Part shown: positions 1 through 8,933 of the stretch, one piece after another
Numbering within the stretch: the stretch's first letter is position 1
How the letters are laid out: each line of letters opens with the position of its first letter
Source of the DNA: an uncultured Mycoplasmatota bacterium
Lineage (GTDB): Bacteria; Bacillota_I; Bacilli_A; RF39; UBA660
DNA length: 64,000 bases
Direction of reading: 5' to 3'
Assembly (NCBI GenBank): GCA_900547225.1
Contig: URFW01000003.1
Span: 13,054-77,053 of the forward strand
Program-made: the position numbers and the translations under genes
Notes under the pieces: generated by a model
The model's input: only the letters and a program-made list of their open reading frames with translations
Told to the model about the DNA's origin: nothing
Databases searched by the model: none

Positions 1-267
1 TTAAGCGGTAAGAAAAACGTTTATAAAGTATTTTTATACAGCTCTTTAGATAATGAAATAAAACGTGCAGTTAAATATTATGGTTTATCTAAAGATAAGG
101 CAGAAAAACAAATTAAAAAGATTAATAAGCAAAGAGAAAAACATTATAAGTATTATACTGAACATAACTGGAGGGATTTTTCTAACTATGATATTTGTTT
201 AAACGTAGATGAAATAGGAGTAGAAAATACTGCAAACATAATAATTGATATGATTAATAAAAGATAA
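1..267 (+). CDS. C-terminal fragment of cytidylate kinase-like family protein (partial, start outside window)
   Basis: Frame 1 is open from position 1 to TAA at 265-267. Translation ...AEKQIKKINKQREKHYKYYTEHNWRDFSNYDICLNVDEIGVENTANIIIDMINKR is typical of the C-terminus of the small AAA/cytidylate-kinase-like proteins of Firmicutes. Confidence 0.45.
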   Translation, partial: LSGKKNVYKVFLYSSLDNEIKRAVKYYGLSKDKAEKQIKKINKQREKHYKYYTEHNWRDFSNYDICLNVDEIGVENTANIIIDMINKR

Positions 268-399
268 TGAGATTTTATATATAAGAAGTCTTTTGAGTAA
301 TGTCTTCTTTTTTAACTATTTTGCATAATTTAAAAGTCTAATTTGACTTTTTTATTTGTTTTTGCTATTATATTCAGCATTAAAAAAGGGGTGTTTTTA

Positions 400-1062
400 A
401 TGGAATTTTCAAGAAATATGGATAAGGAAGATATAGAATATGTTAAGTTTATAATGGAATATGGTGATGGCTATAGTCCACTTCTTTTACAGAATTTATG
501 TATGAGTTTTTCTGATTCTAAGCATAAGAAAGATGACTATGTAGCTTGTGTAAGATCGTTTTTAAATCTTGATTTAGAAGAAGGAGATAGATATAAAGCA
601 TATTTTAAATTTTTAAAGGAGAACTTTGATCTTACTGGTAATATTTTAGAGATAGGAGCAGGTACGTTTCCTACTTTAGCTCACTATATAGATAAAGAAC
701 AGCAAGTAAAAGAAAGTGGAAGTATAGAAATATATGATCCACTACTTGTCACGATGAATTTAGGAAATATAATTGCTAACAAATCATTATTTGAAGATGA
801 TAAAAAGGCAAAAGATAAAGATTTATTAATAGGAATGACACCTAGGGGTGCTACTGAGGTAATAGTTAGAACTGCTAATAAATATAAAATACCATTTAGT
901 ATTTTAATGTGTCCTAATATTAAAAAAAGTAGTAAGTATGATGAAGAATTGGATGCTCTTTTAGAATTGATTAATAGTACTAAAAATGATTCTTATAACG
1001 TAGGTGTTTCATATTTAGATAAAAACTGTTATTATCCTTATCCTATAGTATATAAAAAATAA
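400..1062 (+). CDS. hypothetical protein (start refined to ATG 400 after RBS AAAAAGGGGTG)
   Basis: Six-frame ORF 343-1062. The internal ATG at 400 has a good SD with 6-nt spacing. It contains ILEIGAGTFP, reminiscent of a nucleotide/SAM-binding Gly-loop, but there is no confident family assignment. Confidence 0.55.
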   Translation: MEFSRNMDKEDIEYVKFIMEYGDGYSPLLLQNLCMSFSDSKHKKDDYVACVRSFLNLDLEEGDRYKAYFKFLKENFDLTGNILEIGAGTFPTLAHYIDKEQQVKESGSIEIYDPLLVTMNLGNIIANKSLFEDDKKAKDKDLLIGMTPRGATEVIVRTANKYKIPFSILMCPNIKKSSKYDEELDALLELINSTKNDSYNVGVSYLDKNCYYPYPIVYKK

Positions 1063-1071
1063 TAAATTAAA

Positions 1072-1103
1072 AAAGGAAATAAATTTGCTTATTTATTTCC
1101 TTT
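1072..1103. terminator. bidirectional hairpin terminator between convergent genes (13-bp perfect stem AAAGGAAATAAAT / ATTTATTTCCTTT, 6-nt loop)
   Basis: Read directly from the sequence. Flanked by an A-run and a T-run, and overlaps the murI stop. Confidence 0.6.
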
Positions 1104-1820
1104 TACTATGTCTAAAATTATTTTACTTACATCATCTTTTGTTGATATGATATTTATTTTTCCACCTTTTTTATTTAACTTATCTTTTATAAGGTCATAT
1201 ACTCTGTTTTTAATACCACGACTTCCATCAACAAATGTAACATTACCTAAAACCTTTGTAATAGCATTTTTTGCAAGTGGGAAATGAGTACATCCTAAAA
1301 CCACAACTTCATATCCTTTGTAGTCTTTTAATAAATCATTTAAATAGCTATAAGTATCCTTATTATTTTCTATTAATGAAGCAAGTAGAGGAGCTTCAAC
1401 TAAAACACAGTTTTTTGTTTTATAATTTTTAAATAACTCTTTAAATCTTTTACTTTCTCCAGTACCTTTAGTAGTTAATATAATTGCTTTTTTATCTTTG
1501 TAATGATCATGAACTACTTTAACAGCAGGTTCTGTTCCAACAAAAGTTATGTCCTTATATTTCTTTCTAATATCATTTAATACAACTTCGGTTGTAGTAT
1601 TACAAGCACAAACTATTAGTTTAGGATTATACTTAATTAAATTATCCACAGCACAACATACTATATCAAATAATTCTTTTTTAGTTTTATTACCGTAAGG
1701 ATTATTTTTGCTATCTGCATAATATACGTAATTTTCGTTTGGTAACTTTTTAATTACTTCTTTTAATATTGTAGAGCCACCAATTCCCGAGTCAAAAAAA
1801 CATATTGGTCTATCATCCAT
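1089..1820 (-). CDS. murI: glutamate racemase
   Basis: FDSGIGG near the N-terminus, CNT(A/T) catalytic-Cys motif (VCACNTTT) and GCTHFP second catalytic-Cys motif. Length of 243 aa fits MurI. Confidence 0.9.
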   Translation of the reverse strand: MDDRPICFFDSGIGGSTILKEVIKKLPNENYVYYADSKNNPYGNKTKKELFDIVCCAVDNLIKYNPKLIVCACNTTTEVVLNDIRKKYKDITFVGTEPAVKVVHDHYKDKKAIILTTKGTGESKRFKELFKNYKTKNCVLVEAPLLASLIENNKDTYSYLNDLLKDYKGYEVVVLGCTHFPLAKNAITKVLGNVTFVDGSRGIKNRVYDLIKDKLNKKGGKINIISTKDDVSKIILDIVKGNK

Positions 1821-1916
1821 ATTTACACCTTCATTTATTTGTTAAATTCAAAATATTAATTTATGCTATAATTATAGATGAAAATGAACAATATATCAAT
1901 GTTTTAGGAGGATTAT

Positions 1917-2537
1917 ATGAAAGTATTATTAGTAAATGGAAGTCCACATGAATTTGGTTCTACAAATAGAGCATTAGAAGAAGTTAAAAGTTCTCTTAGT
2001 AAAAATGGCATAGAAACTGAAGTTTTTTGGATAGGAAATGATGCTATAAGAGGATGCTTGGGATGCGGTTCTTGCATTAAAAGTAAAAGATGTTTTATAA
2101 ATGATAAGGTAAATGAGTTTTTAGAAAAAGCTAAGTGCGCAGACGGATTTGTTTTTGCAAGTCCCGTTCATTATGCTGGACCTACTGGTTTTATAAAGTC
2201 ATTTATGGATAGGTGTTTTTATGCTAAAACAGATATCTTTAAGTATAAGCCAGCTGCAGCGGTTGTATCAGCAAGACGCGGTGGGTGTGCTAGTTCTTTT
2301 GATGATTTAAATAAATACTTTCTAATGTCTAACATGATAGTTGTTGGAAGTAATTATTGGAATCAAGTACATGGTAATAATAAAGAAGAGAGTGAAAAAG
2401 ATTTAGAGGGACTTCAGACAATGCGCATTTTAGGAAACAATATGTCTTGGGTGTTAAAGTTAATAGAAAACGGTAAGAAAAACAACATAGATATGCCTCT
2501 TTTGGAAGAAAAAATTAAAACTAACTTTATAAGATAA
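1917..2537 (+). CDS. flavodoxin-fold NAD(P)H-dependent FMN reductase / iron-sulfur flavoprotein family
   Basis: MKVLLVNGSPHEFGSTN flavodoxin-like N-terminus followed by a C-x2-C-x2-C-x5-C cluster (CLGCGSCIKSKRC). RBS AGGAGGATTAT-ATG. Confidence 0.75.
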   Translation: MKVLLVNGSPHEFGSTNRALEEVKSSLSKNGIETEVFWIGNDAIRGCLGCGSCIKSKRCFINDKVNEFLEKAKCADGFVFASPVHYAGPTGFIKSFMDRCFYAKTDIFKYKPAAAVVSARRGGCASSFDDLNKYFLMSNMIVVGSNYWNQVHGNNKEESEKDLEGLQTMRILGNNMSWVLKLIENGKKNNIDMPLLEEKIKTNFIR

Positions 2538-2553
2538 AAGAATTCTAACTATT

Positions 2554-3645
2554 TTAGAATTCTTTTTTGCTTCTTAAAATAAGCTTCTTATTGTTTAGTA
2601 ATCTTTTGTTATTAGGTTCCATCTTTATTGCTATATCAACCCATTTTAAGGATTCATCTATTTCTCCTAAGTAAAACGTACTTATAGAAAGTAAGTCATA
2701 TATTGTGTAATCAAAACTAAAGGGTTCATTTATGTATGTTTTTTCATGAGTCTTAATATCTAGTGCCAAAAGGCAATATTTTTTAACAGCACTAAAGTTA
2801 TTAAGCTCATACTCTAAAAATGCCATTTCAACATATGCATCTCTTAAATAAGGAGCTTCATTAATTGCCTTATTAAGCCACATTTTAGCTTCTTCATATC
2901 TTTTTAAATATTTGTAGCATCTTGCTATAAAACGCATAGAAGCTGCTCTTTCATCTTTCCATGTTGCAGACTTTAGTGAAAGATGATAAATAAGTGTATC
3001 TATTGCTTCATTTAATTTTCCATAATACATATATTCTCTTCCTAAATAATGAACGTTTCTATCATTATAAGGATCTTCTTTTACAGATAATTCTAATAAA
3101 GGAAGATAACTACTTCTTGATTTAGAACTATCTGGATAATGATCAACTATTATGTCATTTGTAGTAGCCCAAACTTCATTGCTTCCAGTATATTTTAAAA
3201 CTTCATGAACCGGATTTATCCATTTAAAATTTTTTCTCGCATGTATTTTCTCATAGTAAAAACTTACCTTAGGGTTCTTATTTTCATCATGACTCCAGTT
3301 ATAAATATATCTTACGTGATTTACTTTTTCATTTTCTAATATTTCTTCTAGTTTTTCTCTCCAATTAGGACTTATTACTTCATCAATATCTATACATACA
3401 CATATATCAGCATCGAGTGGTACTAACTTTAAAGATTCATTTCTTGCAACATCAAACCTCCAAGGTTTTATTTCTTTAGTAGTTACTTTAGCTCCTAATT
3501 CTTTTAATATTTTAACAGTATTATCAGTTGAACCAGTATCTAAAACGTATATGCCGTCAGCACTCTTAACTGACTCATACCATCTTTTAGCAAATTTTTC
3601 TTCATTTTTACTTATGGCATAAACATATATTTTTTTCTTTTTCAT
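2554..3645 (-). CDS. family 2 glycosyltransferase with C-terminal TPR repeats
   Basis: N-terminal GT-A signature (VLDTGSTDNT ... DADICVCIDIDEV, a DxD-like motif) and C-terminal TPR-like Y/A/L-rich helices (KSATWKDERAASMRFIARCYKYLKRYEEAKMWLNKAINEAP...). This is the architecture of SunS-type and spore-surface glycosyltransferases. Confidence 0.8.
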   Translation of the reverse strand: MKKKKIYVYAISKNEEKFAKRWYESVKSADGIYVLDTGSTDNTVKILKELGAKVTTKEIKPWRFDVARNESLKLVPLDADICVCIDIDEVISPNWREKLEEILENEKVNHVRYIYNWSHDENKNPKVSFYYEKIHARKNFKWINPVHEVLKYTGSNEVWATTNDIIVDHYPDSSKSRSSYLPLLELSVKEDPYNDRNVHYLGREYMYYGKLNEAIDTLIYHLSLKSATWKDERAASMRFIARCYKYLKRYEEAKMWLNKAINEAPYLRDAYVEMAFLEYELNNFSAVKKYCLLALDIKTHEKTYINEPFSFDYTIYDLLSISTFYLGEIDESLKWVDIAIKMEPNNKRLLNNKKLILRSKKEF

Positions 3646-3661
3646 AAAAATATCCTTTCTT

Positions 3662-4414
3662 TTATTTTCCTAAATATTCTATGATTAATGTTAAACTAGA
3701 GTTTGTAAAGTAAGAATCAGAATCAATGTTTTGTAAATCTGGTGTATTAAGGTAAATATTTCTTTTTGACAAATTAGATAGTTCATATAAGTCATTAGTA
3801 CTATCTATAGATAAAATTCCTTCGGCGTGAATATGTGAGGTCTCTTCATTTCTATAGAAGCTACTAGCGCCCACATAAATATTATCAGTTCCAACCTTTC
3901 TAAATGCAAGAGTTGCAAAATCTATCTTTGGATCAAATTTTTCGTTAAAATATGGAACTCTTACGTATGCATTAAAAGATATTTTATAATATCCTTCTTT
4001 ATTAAACTTAATGGTATTATTATTAGAATCTAACTCTACTATGTTATTTGTATCAATTTCTTTTCTTTGAAGAGGAAGTCTTTCTCCTTTTAATATTTCA
4101 TATCCATCATCTGGATAATCTTTGTTAAAAGCAACTATGTATGCAGCATTTATTTTATTTGGAATGTTTTCACCATCTAATCCATCTTTTCCTTTTGGAA
4201 TCATAAAGGTTAAAATATGGTTATCATTAACTTTATTATCAATTACTTTTGCACTAGTATTAGAATCTACTGTTATTGTATCTTTAATTGTAATTGTTTC
4301 TGATTTAGCTAGAACGTATCTTGGCCTATTTAATTTATTTTTATTAATTTCGTTAATAGCATTATTTAATATGTTGCTACCACAATTACTTTTTTTTATA
4401 AAATTTTCATTCAT
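3662..4414 (-). CDS. collagen-like motif protein with C1q/BclA-C-like C-terminal domain (putative spore-surface protein)
   Basis: Single short GXY stretch IPKGKDGLDGEN, homologous to the FKIPKGDKGD modules of the divergent neighbour. The C-terminal roughly 130 aa have a jelly-roll pattern (GYYKISFNAYV...). It is divergently arranged with 4593-5729. Confidence 0.6.
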   Translation of the reverse strand: MNENFIKKSNCGSNILNNAINEINKNKLNRPRYVLAKSETITIKDTITVDSNTSAKVIDNKVNDNHILTFMIPKGKDGLDGENIPNKINAAYIVAFNKDYPDDGYEILKGERLPLQRKEIDTNNIVELDSNNNTIKFNKEGYYKISFNAYVRVPYFNEKFDPKIDFATLAFRKVGTDNIYVGASSFYRNEETSHIHAEGILSIDSTNDLYELSNLSKRNIYLNTPDLQNIDSDSYFTNSSLTLIIEYLGK

Positions 4415-4592
4415 ATTAATTATCTCCTTTCTTTAATATATTATTAGTTAACAAAAAAAGTAATAATTTTATATTCCTATATATTGCTTTAATTTAAATA
4501 TAATAGTTTTTTTGTTATAAATTAATTACACTTATACTTAAATAATTAATAAGCTATAATGATTAATTTAAAAAGATAAGGAGGATAATAAT

Positions 4593-5729
4593 ATGTATAA
4601 ATGTAATGATGATTATGAAAACATAAAAAGAAAAATAGAAGAGGAAAGAAAAAAATACAAATTTTGTTATATTAAAGGTCCGACAGGGCCAAAAGGGGAT
4701 AAGGGTGATATTGGACCTAAAGGAGAAAGGGGTCTTCCAGGTCCTACTAGTATTGATGTTGGAATAACAAAAACAGTAGAACCTTACGAACTTGCCAAAG
4801 TAGAAAATGTTGGAACAAAAAAAGATGCTATTTTAAACTTTAAAATACCAAAAGGGGATAAAGGAGATACAGGTCCTAAAGGAGAAAAAGGACTTACCGG
4901 TCCAAAAGGAGATAAAGGTGATACAGGTCCAAAAGGAGATATGGGAGAAAAAGGAGAAAGAGGAGAGCAAGGACCTTCTACTATACAAATTGGAAATATA
5001 AAAACAATAGAACCAGATGATAAAGCAGAAGTTATTAATGTTGGAACACCAGTAGATGTAGTTTTAGATTTTAAGATACCAAAAGGAGATAAGGGTGATA
5101 TGGGTCCTAGGGGACTTCCTGGTGAAATTGGAAGAACAGAACATATTGCAATAGATGAAACAGAAACGTTAGAACCTGGAGAAGATGCAACTGTTATGGA
5201 TACATTTGAAAATTGGGTACATCATCTTTCTTTTTCAATTCCAAAAGGCCAAAAAGGTGATACGGGTCCTAAAGGAGATATAGGTCCAGCAGGCCCGCCA
5301 GGAAAAGATTTTACATCTTCATATGGAATAAGATATTCTAATACAGAAACACAAATAAATTTACCTCAAGCTGTTGATACAGCACTTCCACTACCTGAAA
5401 AAGGAGCAGCATTGTTTACCGAATACATAAATGATAATTCAATTAAAATAAAAGAAAATGGTGTTTATTTAATATCATTTTCACTGTGTGGTGCAACAAA
5501 TGAAGATTGCTCTTTAACTACTTCTGTAAGGGCGAACGGGTTATTACAACCTGCTACTAATATTACTAGTGAATTTCAAGCTCAAATAATTAATTGCATG
5601 AGTGGTTCTACCATTGTATCTCTTAATCAAGATGACCTTATTACGTTAAATATAAAACCATCTATGACTGTTAATATGATATTTAATGGAAGTACAAGTG
5701 CAATGTTAAGTGTTGCAAAAATACATTAA
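4593..5729 (+). CDS. collagen-like triple-helix repeat protein with three internal beta-modules and a C1q/BclA-C-like C-terminal domain
   Basis: GXY runs (GPTGPKGDKGDIGPKGERGLPGP; GDKGDTGPKGEKGLTGPKGDKGDTGPKGDMGEKGERGEQGP; GDKGDMGPRGLPGE; GQKGDTGPKGDIGPAGPPGK). These are interrupted three times by an approximately 38-aa module that ends in ...FKIPKG(D/Q)KGD. The C-terminal domain is GVYLISFSL...ITLNIKP. Strong RBS AAGGAGGATAATAAT-ATG. Confidence 0.75.
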   Translation: MYKCNDDYENIKRKIEEERKKYKFCYIKGPTGPKGDKGDIGPKGERGLPGPTSIDVGITKTVEPYELAKVENVGTKKDAILNFKIPKGDKGDTGPKGEKGLTGPKGDKGDTGPKGDMGEKGERGEQGPSTIQIGNIKTIEPDDKAEVINVGTPVDVVLDFKIPKGDKGDMGPRGLPGEIGRTEHIAIDETETLEPGEDATVMDTFENWVHHLSFSIPKGQKGDTGPKGDIGPAGPPGKDFTSSYGIRYSNTETQINLPQAVDTALPLPEKGAALFTEYINDNSIKIKENGVYLISFSLCGATNEDCSLTTSVRANGLLQPATNITSEFQAQIINCMSGSTIVSLNQDDLITLNIKPSMTVNMIFNGSTSAMLSVAKIH

Positions 5730-5817
5730 GAGTAGATTAATTCTATTCTTTTTTTATGCAAATTAATTATTTTAAAATTCATTTAAAACATAACTTATAA
5801 AGAAGGAGGAAGATAAA

Positions 5818-7674
5818 ATGCAAATTATAGATGATAATACGGTTGTAGTTTATAGTAGCAACGAACTAAAACAGGCTTTAAGTGAAGCAAATAATTATAA
5901 TTATGTTTATTTAGGAAATGATATTAGTCTTGAAAGCGGTTTTACAATAAATGCTAATAAAATAAACATAACAATAGATGGAACTTATAATAATGTTAAG
6001 TATACTTATACTAATTATTTAACTAATGATTCGGATGTTATAAACGTTAGTACCTCAAACAAAAAAATCACTTTAAAAAATATGAATATAATAAGTTCAC
6101 ATACTTATGGAGTAGTTTATGTTCCATCTCATCCAAACTATTCTAACTTAACTGTTTTTTATAAAAACGTTAATTTTAATGGTGTAGAGCTTTCATGCAA
6201 TTATTATGGAATAACTAAGATTGTTGACTCAAATATAACAGGTGAAGATACAAATTCAGTTACCGTAAGAAAAATATGTGATTCTAATAGAATTATAATG
6301 GGGGGAAATACAACAATTACAAGTAGTTCAAATACTAATACTATTTTCTTTTTTAATGATGTTATTCCATCTTATATTAAAATAGTACCTAATAGTAATG
6401 TTAATATTACAACAAATAGGGAACTTATGAATGGTACTAATAGACTTGATTTAATAGTAGGGCATGGCTCAACTTTTCTATTAACTACTGGAAATGGGTT
6501 TGCAATAACAACAACACATGGTGCTAGAAACGTTTTAATAGAAGAGATGGCTAATTTTACCTTTATAGAAAAAAGCCATCAAAGAGTTCCAATGTGGAAT
6601 GTATTTGGGGATTTTAAGGTTTTAGAAGGTGCTAGTGTATCAGTTATAAATACGTATATGAATACACCAACAGATAATTATAATATTTATTTTAAAGGAA
6701 CAAATCAAAAGTTTATATTAGATAATCCAAAATACGTAAATATTTATACTAAAAATGCAAATGTAGTTTATACGAATAATCCGGTTGAGTTTTCATTTAA
6801 ATTTAGCAGGATAAACATGTGGATATATGCTCTTGATTATAATTTGGCATGTACACTTGATGATGCGCCAGCTTTTTCTTGGTTTAAAGAAAATACGCCT
6901 TCAAAAATAACAGGTACATTAAATAAAGATAATACGGTTATTTCATCTCATAATTTTACGGATAGTGAGTTAGCTCTATTACCAGATATAAGTAATTTCT
7001 CATTTCAAAGTAAAAAAATATTAACGATAGGAATGCTAAAGATGAACGTTCATCCACTTACTGCTACTACAAATGCTATATCAGGTCATACAATACCTTA
7101 TTCTAATGTAAAAATAGAGTATGATAATAAGAGTTTAACGCTAGAAGCAGATGAAAATGGTTTATTTGAAACTAATATTAATGATAATATTTTAGATAAT
7201 ACAAGAGTTAAAATAACTGCTTGTTTAAATGCTTGTTTTTCAGAAAAAAAGGTAATAACTCCTTTTAATGGTGAATTAACACTTCTAAACGTAACAGATA
7301 ATATTCCTTTTAGTATGATGCCATCATCTATAAATCCCGTTGTTTTACCTAAAAAAAATAAAACAGTAATAACTGTAGTTGATAGTAGAGTAAATAGTAC
7401 TAGTTGGAAACTTTATATAAATTATATAAATCCTATGATTGAAAAGGAAGGAAAAGTATTAATAGATTCACTGTTATTTAAAAAGTTTGATAATGAAAAA
7501 ATTAATATAAATGCAAATAAAAAAATGATATATCAATCAAATGATAACGGTGGAAATATTTCAGTAAGTAATGTTACTTTTTCTACTGATAAAGGATTGC
7601 TTTTAAAACCTAGTAAAAGTTTGTTAGAAGATGAAGATTATTCTACTTTAATAATTTGGAGTATAGAGGAGTAA
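5818..7674 (+). CDS. large Asn/Thr/Ser-rich secreted or surface protein, predicted parallel beta-helix N-terminal region plus Ig-like C-terminal domains
   Basis: 618-aa ORF with RBS GAAGGAGGAAGATAAA-ATG. Repetitive N-x-(I/V)-x-(N/G) strands (NINITIDGTYNN, NMNIISSHTYGVVYV, NVNFNGVEL, NVNITTNREL, GHGSTFLLTTGNGFAITTT). No recognisable catalytic motif. Confidence 0.55.
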   Translation: MQIIDDNTVVVYSSNELKQALSEANNYNYVYLGNDISLESGFTINANKINITIDGTYNNVKYTYTNYLTNDSDVINVSTSNKKITLKNMNIISSHTYGVVYVPSHPNYSNLTVFYKNVNFNGVELSCNYYGITKIVDSNITGEDTNSVTVRKICDSNRIIMGGNTTITSSSNTNTIFFFNDVIPSYIKIVPNSNVNITTNRELMNGTNRLDLIVGHGSTFLLTTGNGFAITTTHGARNVLIEEMANFTFIEKSHQRVPMWNVFGDFKVLEGASVSVINTYMNTPTDNYNIYFKGTNQKFILDNPKYVNIYTKNANVVYTNNPVEFSFKFSRINMWIYALDYNLACTLDDAPAFSWFKENTPSKITGTLNKDNTVISSHNFTDSELALLPDISNFSFQSKKILTIGMLKMNVHPLTATTNAISGHTIPYSNVKIEYDNKSLTLEADENGLFETNINDNILDNTRVKITACLNACFSEKKVITPFNGELTLLNVTDNIPFSMMPSSINPVVLPKKNKTVITVVDSRVNSTSWKLYINYINPMIEKEGKVLIDSLLFKKFDNEKININANKKMIYQSNDNGGNISVSNVTFSTDKGLLLKPSKSLLEDEDYSTLIIWSIEE

Positions 7675-7728
7675 TGCCTTTACAGAAAGGTATAATTATT
7701 CATAAAATATACCGTGATGAGGTGAATT

Positions 7729-8088
7729 ATGGCAAAAGAATATATTTATGTTAAACTTTATAATAATAATGGTCTAAGTTCAAATAATGTAAGAGTTAAA
7801 TTAAAGAATAAATGTAATAAGATTGTTTTTGATGGAAAAACAAATTATTTTGGAAAGATAAAAATACCAGTATGTAATAATAAAGTATATAAATTAATTG
7901 TCTATTATAATTTAACAAAAAAAGTAATACCTTTAATTGCAAGAGCAAATGAGGTTTATTGTATAAATATTGGTAGTAATAAAAATAAAAAACATCTTAT
8001 TGCAATTTTATTAAAGGATAAGAATTATCCAAATATAAGAATAGAAGGAGGCATGATGACATTATGTCAAGACACACAATCCCTATAA
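7729..8088 (+). CDS. hypothetical small protein
   Basis: 119-aa ORF with RBS GATGAGGTGAATT-ATG. Lys/Asn-rich with no motif. Its 3' end overlaps the next gene by 25 nt. Confidence 0.4.
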   Translation: MAKEYIYVKLYNNNGLSSNNVRVKLKNKCNKIVFDGKTNYFGKIKIPVCNNKVYKLIVYYNLTKKVIPLIARANEVYCINIGSNKNKKHLIAILLKDKNYPNIRIEGGMMTLCQDTQSL

Positions 8089-8609
8089 CGAATGGCAAAG
8101 GAAGTATTGAACTTGTTACTGGAACTTATAATGCACAAGCAGTAGCAGGAGGGTATGACGCTTCAACGTTAGATCCTAAAAGCGTTACCATAATAGATGG
8201 AACTGATACATATGCTTTTACAATAAGTGCAAAAGGTACGTTAACACTTCACGTAACGGATACGGGAGAAGCTAGTACGGGAGTACAAATTGTTGGTGCA
8301 AAGTTCATAAGAACAGATAGTACTGGAACAATAGTAGGAAAAGAAATAACAACTAATGATGATGGTAATGCGGTATTTGAAAATGTTCCGTATGCACAAA
8401 CTGGAAGTAATACAATTTATTATAAACAAATATCTGGAGATGGTGGACATACATTTGATGATACAGTAAAATCAATTACAATGACACAAGAAAATGAAAC
8501 AGTTGAAATTAAAAACCCAGATGCACCAATTAGAAACTTTACTTTAATGGATGCAAGTTTTCCAAACATCCCAGTTATAGATGGGCAAATAATACTTGAT
8601 GATAATTAA
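8064..8609 (+). CDS. Cna-B / prealbumin-fold-like domain protein
   Basis: RBS AGGAGG upstream of ATG 8064. Motif G-AKF-x-R-x-D-x-G...T-x-DDG-x-A-x-F-x-N-V-P-x-(A/G) (VGAKFIRTDSTGTIVGKEITTNDDGNAVFENVPYA) is characteristic of Cna-B/SpaA-type transthyretin-like domains. Confidence 0.5.
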   Translation: MSRHTIPITNGKGSIELVTGTYNAQAVAGGYDASTLDPKSVTIIDGTDTYAFTISAKGTLTLHVTDTGEASTGVQIVGAKFIRTDSTGTIVGKEITTNDDGNAVFENVPYAQTGSNTIYYKQISGDGGHTFDDTVKSITMTQENETVEIKNPDAPIRNFTLMDASFPNIPVIDGQIILDDN

Positions 8610-8652
8610 AAGAAGCATGTTCAAAATGCTTCTTTTAAATGTAAATGTTTAA

Positions 8653-8898
8653 TTAATATGAAATGTTATCCTTAGATACTTCTATTACCGGACGAACACC
8701 AACTAAAACATTAGTTCTTTGTACTTCTATACTATGAACACGCCTTGCTGTTGCATAAATTATCCAACTATGGCTTGACATAGTATTTCTAGGCGTTTCT
8801 AACCAATATCCATCAAATTTAGAATTATCCTTTTTTGAAAAATTAGTATTTTCAACAAGATAAAGATGATCATCTAATTCTCCATTTTTATATCCCAC
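8653..8898 (-). CDS. hypothetical small protein downstream of a TasA-like gene
   Basis: 81-aa ORF with RBS AAGGTGGGATATAAAA-ATG. It lies 35 nt after the stop of 8934-9587, so it is probably co-transcribed. Confidence 0.45.
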   Translation of the reverse strand: MGYKNGELDDHLYLVENTNFSKKDNSKFDGYWLETPRNTMSSHSWIIYATARRVHSIEVQRTNVLVGVRPVIEVSKDNISY

Positions 8899-8933
8899 CT
8901 TATAAATAATGATTATATTACCATTATCATTTC

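Noticed and set aside
4122-4436. Antisense six-frame ORFs fully embedded in stronger genes. Besides 4122-4436 these are 8241-8450, 10202-10399, 10353-10607, 12132-12326, 14732-14914, 16223-16612, 17959-18291, 19036-19239, 20697-20909, 20940-21152, 22061-22321, 30617-30883, 31356-31547, 33286-33510, 34242-34529, 34739-34951, 38878-39141, 43835-44032, 44310-44852, 45138-45500, 45678-46307, 47841-48041, 48584-48814, 49146-49328, 56584-56781, 57247-57441, 60357-60659 and 63667-63852.
   Set aside because: Each overlaps, on the opposite strand, a longer ORF that has clear family motifs and an RBS. Their translations are low-complexity Leu/Phe/Ile/Ser strings typical of antisense reading of AT-rich coding DNA, and none has a credible SD.
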